Positions 39,574 through 48,538 of a DNA stretch of 64,000 nucleotides are shown one piece after another. The stretch lies in sequence record SRR31156797_2215; one strand, given 5' to 3'. A program made the position numbers and the translations under genes. How positions within the stretch are numbered: the first letter of the stretch is position 1; every line of letters starts with the position of its first letter. The notes beneath the pieces are model-generated. The model had not been told where the DNA came from. It ran no database searches and was given only the letters and a program-made list of their open reading frames with translations.

Positions 39574-40929
39574 TCATTTTTCGTGTACTTTTTTTCCTTG
39601 GACCCAGACTTGGCGAATATTTTGCATCGTTGCTAAGTACAGGATTTTTTGTAATCTTGCTTCGGGTGAAGTAAACACACCGAAGTCAGGCAAAGGATTT
39701 TCTTTTTGTCGCGTATCGATCACTTGCACATCAAACGCATACCCTTCTTTGATGACACCTACTGGTAATCTCAGTGCCTCACCGCCGCCTTTTGTCGCCA
39801 ATGAGAACGCATCGATCACGGATATACGAGAATCAGCTACTCCTCGTGTGTTTTGAGGAAGCGTGACATCCACGCCATCTTCTAACATTCTCGAAGACAT
39901 CACAGCTTGTTTGATGTTGTCATACAAACTCGGTGAAAAACCGCCGGAGATATCCGTTCCTAAACCAATCGTGACCCCTTGTTCTTTCAAGCGCTTGATT
40001 GGGATCACGCCATTGGCAAAGTAGGCATTTGAGATGGGACAGTGCGCAACTGCGGCGCCGGTTTCGACAAAACGGGCGCCGTCAGCTGGGCTGATGAAAT
40101 TGCCATGAGCCATCACTGCTTTTTCTCGCAACAAGCCGAAATCTTGCAGCACTTCGGTATCCGTTTTGCCAAATCGCTCTTGAACAAAGTCATGTTCCCA
40201 TTGCCCTTCACTGCAGTGGGTCTGAACATGGACATCATATTTTTCAGCCAATGCGCCTAACCCTGCCAAGCCTTCATCGGTACAGCTCGGGACAAATCGC
40301 GGAGTAACCACAGGATAAACGCCTTGAGGTGCGGTCTTTGCGATTGCTTGTACTTCTTGAATAAAACGTTCTGTATCCGCTAATGCCTCTTCTGTTGATG
40401 CGTCCCGATAAAAAGCAGGATTGGCTTGAGGATCGTCCATAACGACTTTTCCGACTAATCCCCGTTGACCAAGAGTGGCACAAGTCTTCGCCAATTGAAG
40501 ACTCGCTTCTAGATGGATCGTTGCAAAATAAAGAACCGTTGTCGTTCCTCTTGCCAATAGCTGTGCCACCAAATCTTGATAGACAGCTTTGGCAAATGCT
40601 GGATCGGCATATTTTGCCTCCAGCGGAAACGTGCATTCATCTAACCAGACATTTAACGGTTCATCTAACGCGATCCCTGCTTGCGGCCATTGCGGTGCAT
40701 GGACATGCAGATCGACAAACCCTGGTAAAAAGCACTGGCCTTCAGATAAAGCCTGAAGATTCTCTGATGCTTTTGCCAGCTCTGCCTCATACCCTTGATC
40801 TGTTTTGGCAGTGACTTTCGTGATGATCCCTGCGTCATCGACTTGAATCAAAGCTTCTTCTATATATTCTAGTTTTCCATCAGTTGGCGTATGGAAAACA
40901 TCTCCTTTAAAATAGTGAATGGTTGCCAT
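39574..40929 (-). CDS. guaD: Guanine deaminase
   Basis: PGFVDLHVHAPQ, TPRF, QTHCSE, HCPISN, GLGTDISGG. Confidence 0.93.
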   Translation of the reverse strand: MATIHYFKGDVFHTPTDGKLEYIEEALIQVDDAGIITKVTAKTDQGYEAELAKASENLQALSEGQCFLPGFVDLHVHAPQWPQAGIALDEPLNVWLDECTFPLEAKYADPAFAKAVYQDLVAQLLARGTTTVLYFATIHLEASLQLAKTCATLGQRGLVGKVVMDDPQANPAFYRDASTEEALADTERFIQEVQAIAKTAPQGVYPVVTPRFVPSCTDEGLAGLGALAEKYDVHVQTHCSEGQWEHDFVQERFGKTDTEVLQDFGLLREKAVMAHGNFISPADGARFVETGAAVAHCPISNAYFANGVIPIKRLKEQGVTIGLGTDISGGFSPSLYDNIKQAVMSSRMLEDGVDVTLPQNTRGVADSRISVIDAFSLATKGGGEALRLPVGVIKEGYAFDVQVIDTRQKENPLPDFGVFTSPEARLQKILYLATMQNIRQVWVQGKKVHEK

Positions 40930-41076
40930 TTGTTTGATTTCCCCCGTTCTCTAAGACATTGTCAGGAAAAAGCCGTTCATTTAATGTTCCTTTTTCACTA
41001 ACACGATGTTCTTATTTTAACGCTATTCGAAAATAGTGCAATAAAATTCACTATCATAAAGAAAGATAAAACGATA

Positions 41077-41089
41077 AATGTTCGGTTTT
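41077..41089 (-). promoter_or_regulatory. PurBox (PurR site) upstream of guaD
   Basis: AAAACCGAACATT on the minus strand matches AWWWCCGAACWWT. Confidence 0.75.
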
Positions 41090-41146
41090 TATGCGATTTC
41101 AAAAAAAGACACCGTCTAGAAATAAGACAGTGTCAGTTAACGACGC

Positions 41147-42487
41147 TTATACTTTTGTTTTCTTTAGTTGCCGATAAAATACCACCAGTCCACCTACTAG
41201 CAAACAGAGTACTCCTGCAATCGAGCCCCATTTTGCTGGCTCTAAAAAGCTTTGGATCCTTGAGGTCTGATTCGTTGCCGTCGTTCCTGATAGCTGAAAC
41301 AAGAAAGCCAGCGGCTGATGTTCAAAACGAAGAATAACAAATAGGAGTGTCATCAAAAGAAATTGATGTACCAGACTCCCTTTGCTTTGTGTGGCATACT
41401 TGGCTAAGCTCTGCTGTTCAATTGCTTCCGGTTTTGCCGCCAAATACTGTTTCGTGAGCCATTGATTCAATCCCGCATTAAAGAAACTAATGACAAATAA
41501 ACTTATTGGGATCAAAAGATCGCTGCTAAATAGAAGAACACCAACCATCAATCCAAGCAAATACGCCGGTACTAACTGTTTTTCTAGCAAGCGTGCGAGT
41601 TTTCCTCCGAGAAACATTGCGCCAAAAAGGCCCAGTGCATAAGGCAAGTAAACGTGAGTACTAAGCGCTTGTGCCCCAAATCGACCGGTAACATAGACCG
41701 AGCCGAAAAGAAAAAGAAAGTTACCGATCACTCCCCGAATAAAGGTGAGGATGTTCAAGTGAAGCGGCTGTTTCCACGAGCGGCTGCGTTTCGTTAAAGT
41801 GATCAGCAGCAAAGCAAAGAGAAACAAGAAGCCAGTAATCGCCCACTCAAACAGGGCATTCGACTTGATCAGCCTGGCTGCTCGCAAGCCAAACAGTAAG
41901 AGAAAGAAAAAGAAATACAACAAAAACTGCTTGTTGAATAACTGGTTGCGCTGCATCAACGGTCTTTTTGGGAGGTTGTTGAAGGTTTGACTACTCTTAG
42001 CTGCCAGCACAAAGAGTGCAAAATAACTGCCAAATAGGCCAACGCCTTGAAGGTCATCAGGCAACCGTAAGGCAAACAGTAAAACAAAAAGAAAGAACAG
42101 CGCCTCCTTCCAATCATTTTTCAGCGGCTGTTCAGTGAGCTTGGCTTTTTGTCGTACCATCAGATCAGCTGGCGGCAGCCAAGAAGCACTGATCCCCAAC
42201 AAACCAGCAGCTGGCAAGAGTGCCACGCTCCACCAAGTGCTCAAGATACCTACCAATGCGCCGGCGCCGCCGATCAAGACACTTGCTGCTAACAATGATG
42301 GTGCAAAAAGCGCCGTAAGCGTCTGTAAGAAAAAGACCCCTGTCATGCGAAAGGTATAAAAGAGCGCAAAGGCTAATGCTGCACTTAGCGACTGCTCTTT
42401 GCTCAAAGATAAGAAATATAGATACGGGATGATCGTGATCGTATTGCTGATGATCAAAAGTGCGGTATGGGATTTTAAAACTTTCAT
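41147..42487 (-). CDS. Polytopic membrane protein, MFS-like
   Basis: About 12 hydrophobic segments; F..FYTFRMTG motif; no clear family signature. Confidence 0.6.
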   Translation of the reverse strand: MKVLKSHTALLIISNTITIIPYLYFLSLSKEQSLSAALAFALFYTFRMTGVFFLQTLTALFAPSLLAASVLIGGAGALVGILSTWWSVALLPAAGLLGISASWLPPADLMVRQKAKLTEQPLKNDWKEALFFLFVLLFALRLPDDLQGVGLFGSYFALFVLAAKSSQTFNNLPKRPLMQRNQLFNKQFLLYFFFFLLLFGLRAARLIKSNALFEWAITGFLFLFALLLITLTKRSRSWKQPLHLNILTFIRGVIGNFLFLFGSVYVTGRFGAQALSTHVYLPYALGLFGAMFLGGKLARLLEKQLVPAYLLGLMVGVLLFSSDLLIPISLFVISFFNAGLNQWLTKQYLAAKPEAIEQQSLAKYATQSKGSLVHQFLLMTLLFVILRFEHQPLAFLFQLSGTTATNQTSRIQSFLEPAKWGSIAGVLCLLVGGLVVFYRQLKKTKV

Positions 42488-42643
42488 CGTCCGACTCCTT
42501 GCCTTGATTTAAAGTTCCATCTTTCTTCTATCCTACACTTTCAAGCAATCCTGTCAACTTGCGTGCCAAATTTAAGCAAAAAGAAACCAAGTGTATTGTC
42601 AAAAGACTGACACTTCGTTTCTTTTTCTTATTGCGATTTTCGG

Positions 42644-42985
42644 CTAGGAGCCAGTAGACTGAATCGTTTGCTTAATTGCCTGAATTTCTTCATACAACCC
42701 TTGAAACTCTTTTGCAAGCTCACTCATGATGTCTGCGCTCATCAAAAGATCTTCCGCATGACTTAATAGTAAGGACATCCAAACTTTGTCCCCTTGAGCT
42801 TCTTGTTGAACTAACTTCCGATGTGCCAAATGGGCTTCATGATAGTGTTCTTTTCCTTTTTCGATTGCTTGCAGTGCAGCCAGATTCTGGGCTTCTCTTC
42901 CTTTTTGAATACTTTCAAAAAAGCAACTTCTTGCCATACCCGCTTGCGAGATAATCTGAAAACAAATTTGTTCTTTTTCTTCCAT
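42644..42985 (-). CDS. PTS lactose/cellobiose family EIIA
   Basis: FQII..AG.ARS, AH..H..L.Q.EA.G, HAED.LM. Confidence 0.92.
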   Translation of the reverse strand: MEEKEQICFQIISQAGMARSCFFESIQKGREAQNLAALQAIEKGKEHYHEAHLAHRKLVQQEAQGDKVWMSLLLSHAEDLLMSADIMSELAKEFQGLYEEIQAIKQTIQSTGS

Positions 42986-42986
42986 T

Positions 42987-43289
42987 CTACTCTCCTATTA
43001 GTTCAAGTGCTTGTTCCAATGCTTTTTTTCCATCCATCATGCCATAGGTGCGCATGTCGATACTGGCTGCTGGACAAGCAACTAAGCCTTGGACTTCATT
43101 TAATCGGTAAGAAACTTGCGGTCCTAACAGTACGCAATCAGCATCTTTTGCTGCAGTCGTGACAGATTCAATGGAGAACGCATCGATCGCCACCGCTTCT
43201 CCTTTTTCTTGCGCTGCTTTCTTCATATTATTTACTAAGACGCCAGTAGACATGCCGCCAGCGCAAACCAACACTATTTTTTTCATCAT
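42987..43289 (-). CDS. PTS lactose/cellobiose family EIIB
   Basis: VCAGGMSTG, LLGPQV, YGMMDG. Confidence 0.93.
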   Translation of the reverse strand: MMKKIVLVCAGGMSTGVLVNNMKKAAQEKGEAVAIDAFSIESVTTAAKDADCVLLGPQVSYRLNEVQGLVACPAASIDMRTYGMMDGKKALEQALELIGE

Positions 43290-43314
43290 TGTTCCTCCAT
43301 TTTCTCGTTATTTG

Positions 43315-44580
43315 TTACTCAACGACTGCCGCTTGGGTTTGCAGATTCTTTTCTTCAGCTAGTGCTGCTTTGTCTTGCAGACGCATAAAAGGGATGTAGA
43401 TGATGACACATAAGACAAATTGAATCAATTGTGCAATGATCCCTTGCCAGCCATTCACTAAGAAGCCACCGAAAATAATCGGAAAGCCAGTCGGGATATT
43501 GACTCCATTGTGATAAGGCAAAAAGCCGACAATTGTTAAGAGATATGCTGACAACACGGAAACAGCCGGTGTTAACATCAAGGGAAGCAGCATTCTGATA
43601 TTCATCACCTGAGGAATCCCAAATTTGATTGGCTCAGAAATACCAAACATGGAAGGGATCAATCCAATTTTACCAACAGCTTTTAGTTGCTCTGATTTGC
43701 AGCCAAAAATAGCCAGTAAAGCGACTGCAAATGAACGAGCCCCGCGATTGTTCAAAATAAACCCAATCGTAAACAGATGTGGTAATGCTTGGCCGGCACT
43801 GTACGCCGCCAGATTATCAAGCCCTGGTTGGTAAAAGACCAACATCAAGATCGGATAAACAGCCAACACTCCGTGAATGCCAAAGAACCAAAGAAATTCG
43901 ATAAACGCCACAATGATCATACAAGCAAAAATATTCGCTCCTAATAAGGTCAATGGAGCTTGTACCCAAGTATAGATCATATCTGTCAGTGTGCCGTAAG
44001 GAGTTGCCGCCATACCCACGTAAATGATGCCCATAATGGCTGAAACAATAATTGCTGGCACGATCGCTGCAAAGGATTTGTTGACGATCGGCGGTACCGA
44101 ATCCGGCATTTTGATCATCAAATTCTTCTGTACACATAAAATGTAAATTCTGGCACCCAACAATCCGCCAAACATGGCGACAAACATCCCACCGGAGCCA
44201 AGGGTCGACAACTCCATCGTACGGGTTTCTTCTAAAGTCGAAATCGGACTCAAGATCAAAAATGATACCAAACTCATGATACCGGCATTTAGTTGATCCG
44301 CATTTAAATGCTCGGCTAATTTATAGCCAACTAGAAAGGCGACATAAACGGAAACGACATCGATCGTCATCGCGTTGACTTGGGTTAATAATGCTTTCAC
44401 ACCAATTTGTTCCATTATCTGTTGCGTTGCCCCAATGTCGATCGCATTGATCAAGGAAGCAATGGAACTGATCATCATGACGGGCATTAAGCCCATCATT
44501 GCATTGGCAATGGCTTTCATATAAATATTGTTTTGTACTTGAACGGCTGCAGCTAGTATTTTATCTTTCAGTGTATTCAT
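43315..44580 (-). CDS. PTS lactose/cellobiose family EIIC (divergent)
   Basis: MPDSVPP.V..SF, LWFFGIHG, FGISEP..FG.P, IYIPF; ATG after AAGGAGG. Confidence 0.9.
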   Translation of the reverse strand: MNTLKDKILAAAVQVQNNIYMKAIANAMMGLMPVMMISSIASLINAIDIGATQQIMEQIGVKALLTQVNAMTIDVVSVYVAFLVGYKLAEHLNADQLNAGIMSLVSFLILSPISTLEETRTMELSTLGSGGMFVAMFGGLLGARIYILCVQKNLMIKMPDSVPPIVNKSFAAIVPAIIVSAIMGIIYVGMAATPYGTLTDMIYTWVQAPLTLLGANIFACMIIVAFIEFLWFFGIHGVLAVYPILMLVFYQPGLDNLAAYSAGQALPHLFTIGFILNNRGARSFAVALLAIFGCKSEQLKAVGKIGLIPSMFGISEPIKFGIPQVMNIRMLLPLMLTPAVSVLSAYLLTIVGFLPYHNGVNIPTGFPIIFGGFLVNGWQGIIAQLIQFVLCVIIYIPFMRLQDKAALAEEKNLQTQAAVVE

Positions 44581-44595
44581 AAGGTCCTCCTTCAC

Positions 44596-45381
44596 TTAAT
44601 CCCGCAAGTATTTATCTTTAAGCAGCTGGATTTTCTGCTGTGAAAAACCCAGTTCTTCTTTTACATACGTTTCAATCCCCCCATGAGCCTCAATCAAATC
44701 CAAAGCGGTTTGTAAAAAACACGGATCAGCTTCTTTGAAGTATCGCATTGCTGCCACAAAATCGGGGTTGTTCGTTTCTTCTTGTATCTGCTTGAGACTC
44801 TTGGTATTTTTCTCCCTTTTGTACTCGTTGGTCAGCAGGTAATCTTCCATGACCTCTTCATAACTGACACCCAACAGTAACTGAATCAGGGCAACCCCAT
44901 ACCCGGTGCGGTCTTTGCCACCACGACAGTGCTGAACCACTGCACCTTCAGCTTCCAAATGAATGGCCAATACTTCTTTAAAAACGGTCTTGCATTGACT
45001 GTTTTCAACAAATTCATAATTTTGCCGAATCATCAATTCTTTTGCAACTTCGGCGGTGATTTTTTCTGCAGAAAGCGCCATTGGCTCCCCATCTTCTGAA
45101 GAAGCTAAAGCAGCAATATCAGCAATTGGCGTCAAATAAAGTATCTGAGCATTCCCAATGGGTTTGTCTTCATTGTCTGCTCTTTCTTGGGCATTGCGGT
45201 AGTCAATAATTTTCTCAATTCCCAGAGCTGCTAATTTTTTCTGATCAGCTTCTGTCAATTTGCTCAATTCGTCTGAGCGGTATAGTTTTCCAGTCACTAC
45301 GTATTTGCCCTCTTTGGTCCGATAGCCGCCAAAATCGCGAAAATTATACGCACCTTCTAAGGTTACTTTTTCATTTGTCAT
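44596..45381 (-). CDS. Tyrosine-phosphatase-fold (IphP/LipA-like, Y_phosphatase3) phosphatase
   Basis: NFRDFGGY, LYRSD.L, IID.R...E, P-loop HCRGGKDRTG, DYLLTN; no signal peptide. Confidence 0.9.
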   Translation of the reverse strand: MTNEKVTLEGAYNFRDFGGYRTKEGKYVVTGKLYRSDELSKLTEADQKKLAALGIEKIIDYRNAQERADNEDKPIGNAQILYLTPIADIAALASSEDGEPMALSAEKITAEVAKELMIRQNYEFVENSQCKTVFKEVLAIHLEAEGAVVQHCRGGKDRTGYGVALIQLLLGVSYEEVMEDYLLTNEYKREKNTKSLKQIQEETNNPDFVAAMRYFKEADPCFLQTALDLIEAHGGIETYVKEELGFSQQKIQLLKDKYLRD

Positions 45382-45384
45382 ATA

Positions 45385-47265
45385 CTACTCCTTTAAATAA
45401 TTAATGAACGTCATAAAGTCCGTTGTCGCAGCTAGTTTGTTTACTTTATCCAACGAAGAACATTGTTTGATCAAATGATCATTCAGCGGTTTCACTTTTA
45501 AGTGATCTTGTTCAGCAATCACTAATAAGAAAACGAGACGAACCGTCTGTTTGTACCAGAACACTGGCTTTTTCAAGTTTGCAACGGCAATCACCGTTTC
45601 TGCACCAATCAGCGCATTGGGATGAGGGAAAGCGACTGACGGTAAGAAATCGGTTCCAAAAAAGGCTTCTCGTTCAAAAACCAACGTTTCAAAATTCTCA
45701 GGCATTGAATACTGTTCTTTGATTTGTTGGCATAAAAAATGCAACACCGCTTCTTTTGTTTCAAATTCTTGTTCACAGATGAATAACGATTCCTTAAAGT
45801 AGTTCAAAAGCACTTCTTCTGTGAAGACAGCGGCCAATGCGGCTTCGATCTTTTTGATCATATCCGGTTGCATAAAATAATCAACACTCATAACAGGAAT
45901 CGTTCCTTCGTAAGGAAGTGGAATCGAAGAAAAGATAAAATCGAACTCCTGCTCTTCGATCATTTGCAAAAATTCATATTGATTGCATACCGTGACTTTC
46001 TTGATATAATTGCGAAAATAAAACTCAAATTTCTCTTTAAGGAAGGTATTGGCCGCTCGGCCTAGGTCATTGACCACTAAAATATACTTGCGCTGTGTTT
46101 GCGAATTTTTCTTATTTAAAGCCACATCAAAGTGCATCGCCAAATAGCTGAGTTCATGATCACTGATGGTCTTTTCAAATTGCTTTGCAATGACTTGACC
46201 GGCAATGATGGCTAAATCATAAGCGACATTACAGTGTACCTTCACCTCATTCAACAAAGGATTTTTCAGCTCGATCCCCAATTCGATCCGATCGATCAGC
46301 GGAGCAAAGTGCAACATCAACATCGTTTGCAGATCCAAGTCTTTGCTGAAATCGATTTGGCGGCTTTCCTTGATCGCTTTTAAAATTTTGCTGACCAATT
46401 CTGCTGCTTCATCTGAAACAGTCATCTTTTCATTTCTAGGGACTACTCGTTTGCCAACGATTTGCCCTAAAACATAATTTCGCTCGTATTCGGTAAAATG
46501 TACAGCACACTCTTTTTCAATTCTGGCGATGATTCGCTCTCCTAGTAATGTCTGCTCATCATTGGTCCTGCCGCTGATCGGTAGGTTTCGATCTAAGTAG
46601 CGGCCGCTTTGCATGCGTAAGACAGCGATCGCTAAATGATTCACCAGATTGTTCAAAATAGCCTCCGACATGGGGTAGGCTTTTTGCGAAAACTCCGTCG
46701 AAACGATCGCTTTTATCTGCTGGTGAAGAAGCGACGGTGTATCTTCGCTGATTGTGCCCTCTTCTAACTGCTTGATATGGGTTCTTTGCAAATAATTACT
46801 AGCCATAAACCGTCTCAAGTCAAATTCGCTACCGCTAAGTTTCATTCCGTAATACGGCTTCGTTTGAATGGAGAGCTGGTAATGGCTTAGTATCCGTCGC
46901 AGCTTTTTCAATTCTTGAGATAGCTTACTCTGAGAAATGAATAAGCGTTCGCAAAGCATTTCGGATTTAATATACGTTTCTTCTTGAATAAAGAATTCAA
47001 TAATTCTAGAAACAAAGTCGTCATTGTGGGACGCTTGTTCTTTCCTTCGCTGAAAAGCTTCTTCGTTCGTTATTTGTAAATACAACCCACTCCCTTTTTT
47101 CGCTTGAATCATACAACCGTATCGTTCTTGATGCTGGTTGATTTCTTCTGCATAACGGCGAACGGTTTTTCTGCTAACACCCAACTCGGCAGCAGCCGCT
47201 TTACTCGTCATAAAACCGTCATGCTCCGAAAGTGTTCTTAACAACAATAGGCTTAATTTTTCCAT
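45385..47265 (-). CDS. PRD-containing transcriptional activator (LicR/MtlR/ManR type)
   Basis: HTH (LGVSRKTV), Mga-like HTH, PRD His (NHL..A..R, LHF, MHF), EIIB-like segment, EIIA AFPHP. Confidence 0.88.
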   Translation of the reverse strand: MEKLSLLLLRTLSEHDGFMTSKAAAAELGVSRKTVRRYAEEINQHQERYGCMIQAKKGSGLYLQITNEEAFQRRKEQASHNDDFVSRIIEFFIQEETYIKSEMLCERLFISQSKLSQELKKLRRILSHYQLSIQTKPYYGMKLSGSEFDLRRFMASNYLQRTHIKQLEEGTISEDTPSLLHQQIKAIVSTEFSQKAYPMSEAILNNLVNHLAIAVLRMQSGRYLDRNLPISGRTNDEQTLLGERIIARIEKECAVHFTEYERNYVLGQIVGKRVVPRNEKMTVSDEAAELVSKILKAIKESRQIDFSKDLDLQTMLMLHFAPLIDRIELGIELKNPLLNEVKVHCNVAYDLAIIAGQVIAKQFEKTISDHELSYLAMHFDVALNKKNSQTQRKYILVVNDLGRAANTFLKEKFEFYFRNYIKKVTVCNQYEFLQMIEEQEFDFIFSSIPLPYEGTIPVMSVDYFMQPDMIKKIEAALAAVFTEEVLLNYFKESLFICEQEFETKEAVLHFLCQQIKEQYSMPENFETLVFEREAFFGTDFLPSVAFPHPNALIGAETVIAVANLKKPVFWYKQTVRLVFLLVIAEQDHLKVKPLNDHLIKQCSSLDKVNKLAATTDFMTFINYLKE

Positions 47266-47323
47266 CTCTCTCTCCCTCGCTTACTAGTTTAGAGTCAAAC
47301 CCAAGCAACCTCCATAGGTATAT

Positions 47324-47342
47324 CTTCCCTTTCATTAAGGGA
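47324..47342. promoter_or_regulatory. Dyad upstream of PRD-activator operon (putative activator site)
   Basis: TTCCCTT-tcatt-AAGGGAA. Confidence 0.45.
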
Positions 47343-47463
47343 AATTTCTACAAGAAGTTGCTTGCCTTGTGCTTTGCTTCTTATCAAAAAAACGAATGGT
47401 CGTGACTTTCACTTTGTTGTTGCCACATATGACCGACCAATTTGTTTGAGTTTTCTTCTCCAC

Positions 47464-47508
47464 AAAAAAAGACATGATCTTCACTCAATGAAGGTCATGT
47501 CTTTTTTA
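47464..47508 (-). terminator. Terminator of GH65/ABC/LacI operon
   Basis: aaaaaagacatga...tcatgtctttttt. Confidence 0.8.
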
Positions 47509-47509
47509 T

Positions 47510-48535
47510 TTAGCGAACCTCGCTGATTTTCTCTACCGACTGTCGCACTTTTAATTGATGGGGACTAATTTTTCGATGGCTCGTTTCTGCTTGATTGGTG
47601 ATGATGTCTGCTAGTAATTCAGCTGCTTCATAACCGATTCGTTCCATATCTTGGGCAACGGTTGTTAATTCAGGCGTTACGTAGCTAGCCAAAATAATAT
47701 CATCGAACCCGATGACCGAAATATCTTCAGGAACCCGCAAGCCCATGTCTTTGATTCCTCGTATCGCTCCGATTGCCATAATATCACTAGCACAGAACAG
47801 TGCAGTGATTTCTTGATTGTTTTCTAACAGATTTTTACAAATCAAATAGGCAATTTCTTCTTCATAGTTGGCGTACTGGATATACGACTCATTCACTAAC
47901 AAGCCATGCGCTGCCAAAGAAGCGCGGTAGCCTTTTTCTCTAAGTTCACTGACATTGGCATCACGACTCCCGTTGATCATGCCAATTTGTCGATGATTAT
48001 TGGCAATCAAAAAATCCACAGCTTCTTGCGCCGCTTTTTCATTGTCAATCGAAACCAAGCCGATCTTAGGATTGTCGATTTCCATATCAATCAGAACTGT
48101 CGGCAAAGAGGTTTGCTGTACTTCCTGGTAGTAAGGATCGGTGGTTTTTAACCCTTGGATCACTACACCAGTGATATTGTGCTCATTGCAGAACTGACTA
48201 AACGTCTTTTGCTTTTGTTTCTCAGTACTTGTCCCATAAAAGACAAACTCAAAATCTGACTGATCCGTATAACGATAGACCCCATTCAACACTTCCAAAG
48301 GCATCGTTGATTTTCGGTTGAAATTCAACTCATTTAAAATCAAGGCGATGGTTTGTTGTTTCTTCGAAGACAGTGTCCTTGCTGCCATGTTTGGGGAATA
48401 GTCTAATTCTTTCGCTATTTTTAAAATTTCTTGCTTGGTTTGTTGGTTGATATCACTATACCCGTTAAAAACTTTGGATACAGTCGCTATTGATACACCG
48501 GCTGCCTTTGCCACATCGCGAATCGTTGTTCGCAT
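47510..48535 (-). CDS. LacI family transcriptional regulator
   Basis: TIRDVAKAAGVSIATVS, YSPN.AAR.L, VPEDISVIGFDD, LTTVAQ. Confidence 0.95.
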   Translation of the reverse strand: MRTTIRDVAKAAGVSIATVSKVFNGYSDINQQTKQEILKIAKELDYSPNMAARTLSSKKQQTIALILNELNFNRKSTMPLEVLNGVYRYTDQSDFEFVFYGTSTEKQKQKTFSQFCNEHNITGVVIQGLKTTDPYYQEVQQTSLPTVLIDMEIDNPKIGLVSIDNEKAAQEAVDFLIANNHRQIGMINGSRDANVSELREKGYRASLAAHGLLVNESYIQYANYEEEIAYLICKNLLENNQEITALFCASDIMAIGAIRGIKDMGLRVPEDISVIGFDDIILASYVTPELTTVAQDMERIGYEAAELLADIITNQAETSHRKISPHQLKVRQSVEKISEVR

Positions 48536-48538
48536 TTG

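Noticed and set aside
47324-47342. Similarity of TTCCCTT-N5-AAGGGAA to the dyad at 30544-30561 (TTCCCTT-N6-AAGGG)
   Set aside because: Spacer lengths differ and the genes are unrelated; could be chance, so not claimed as a shared regulon.
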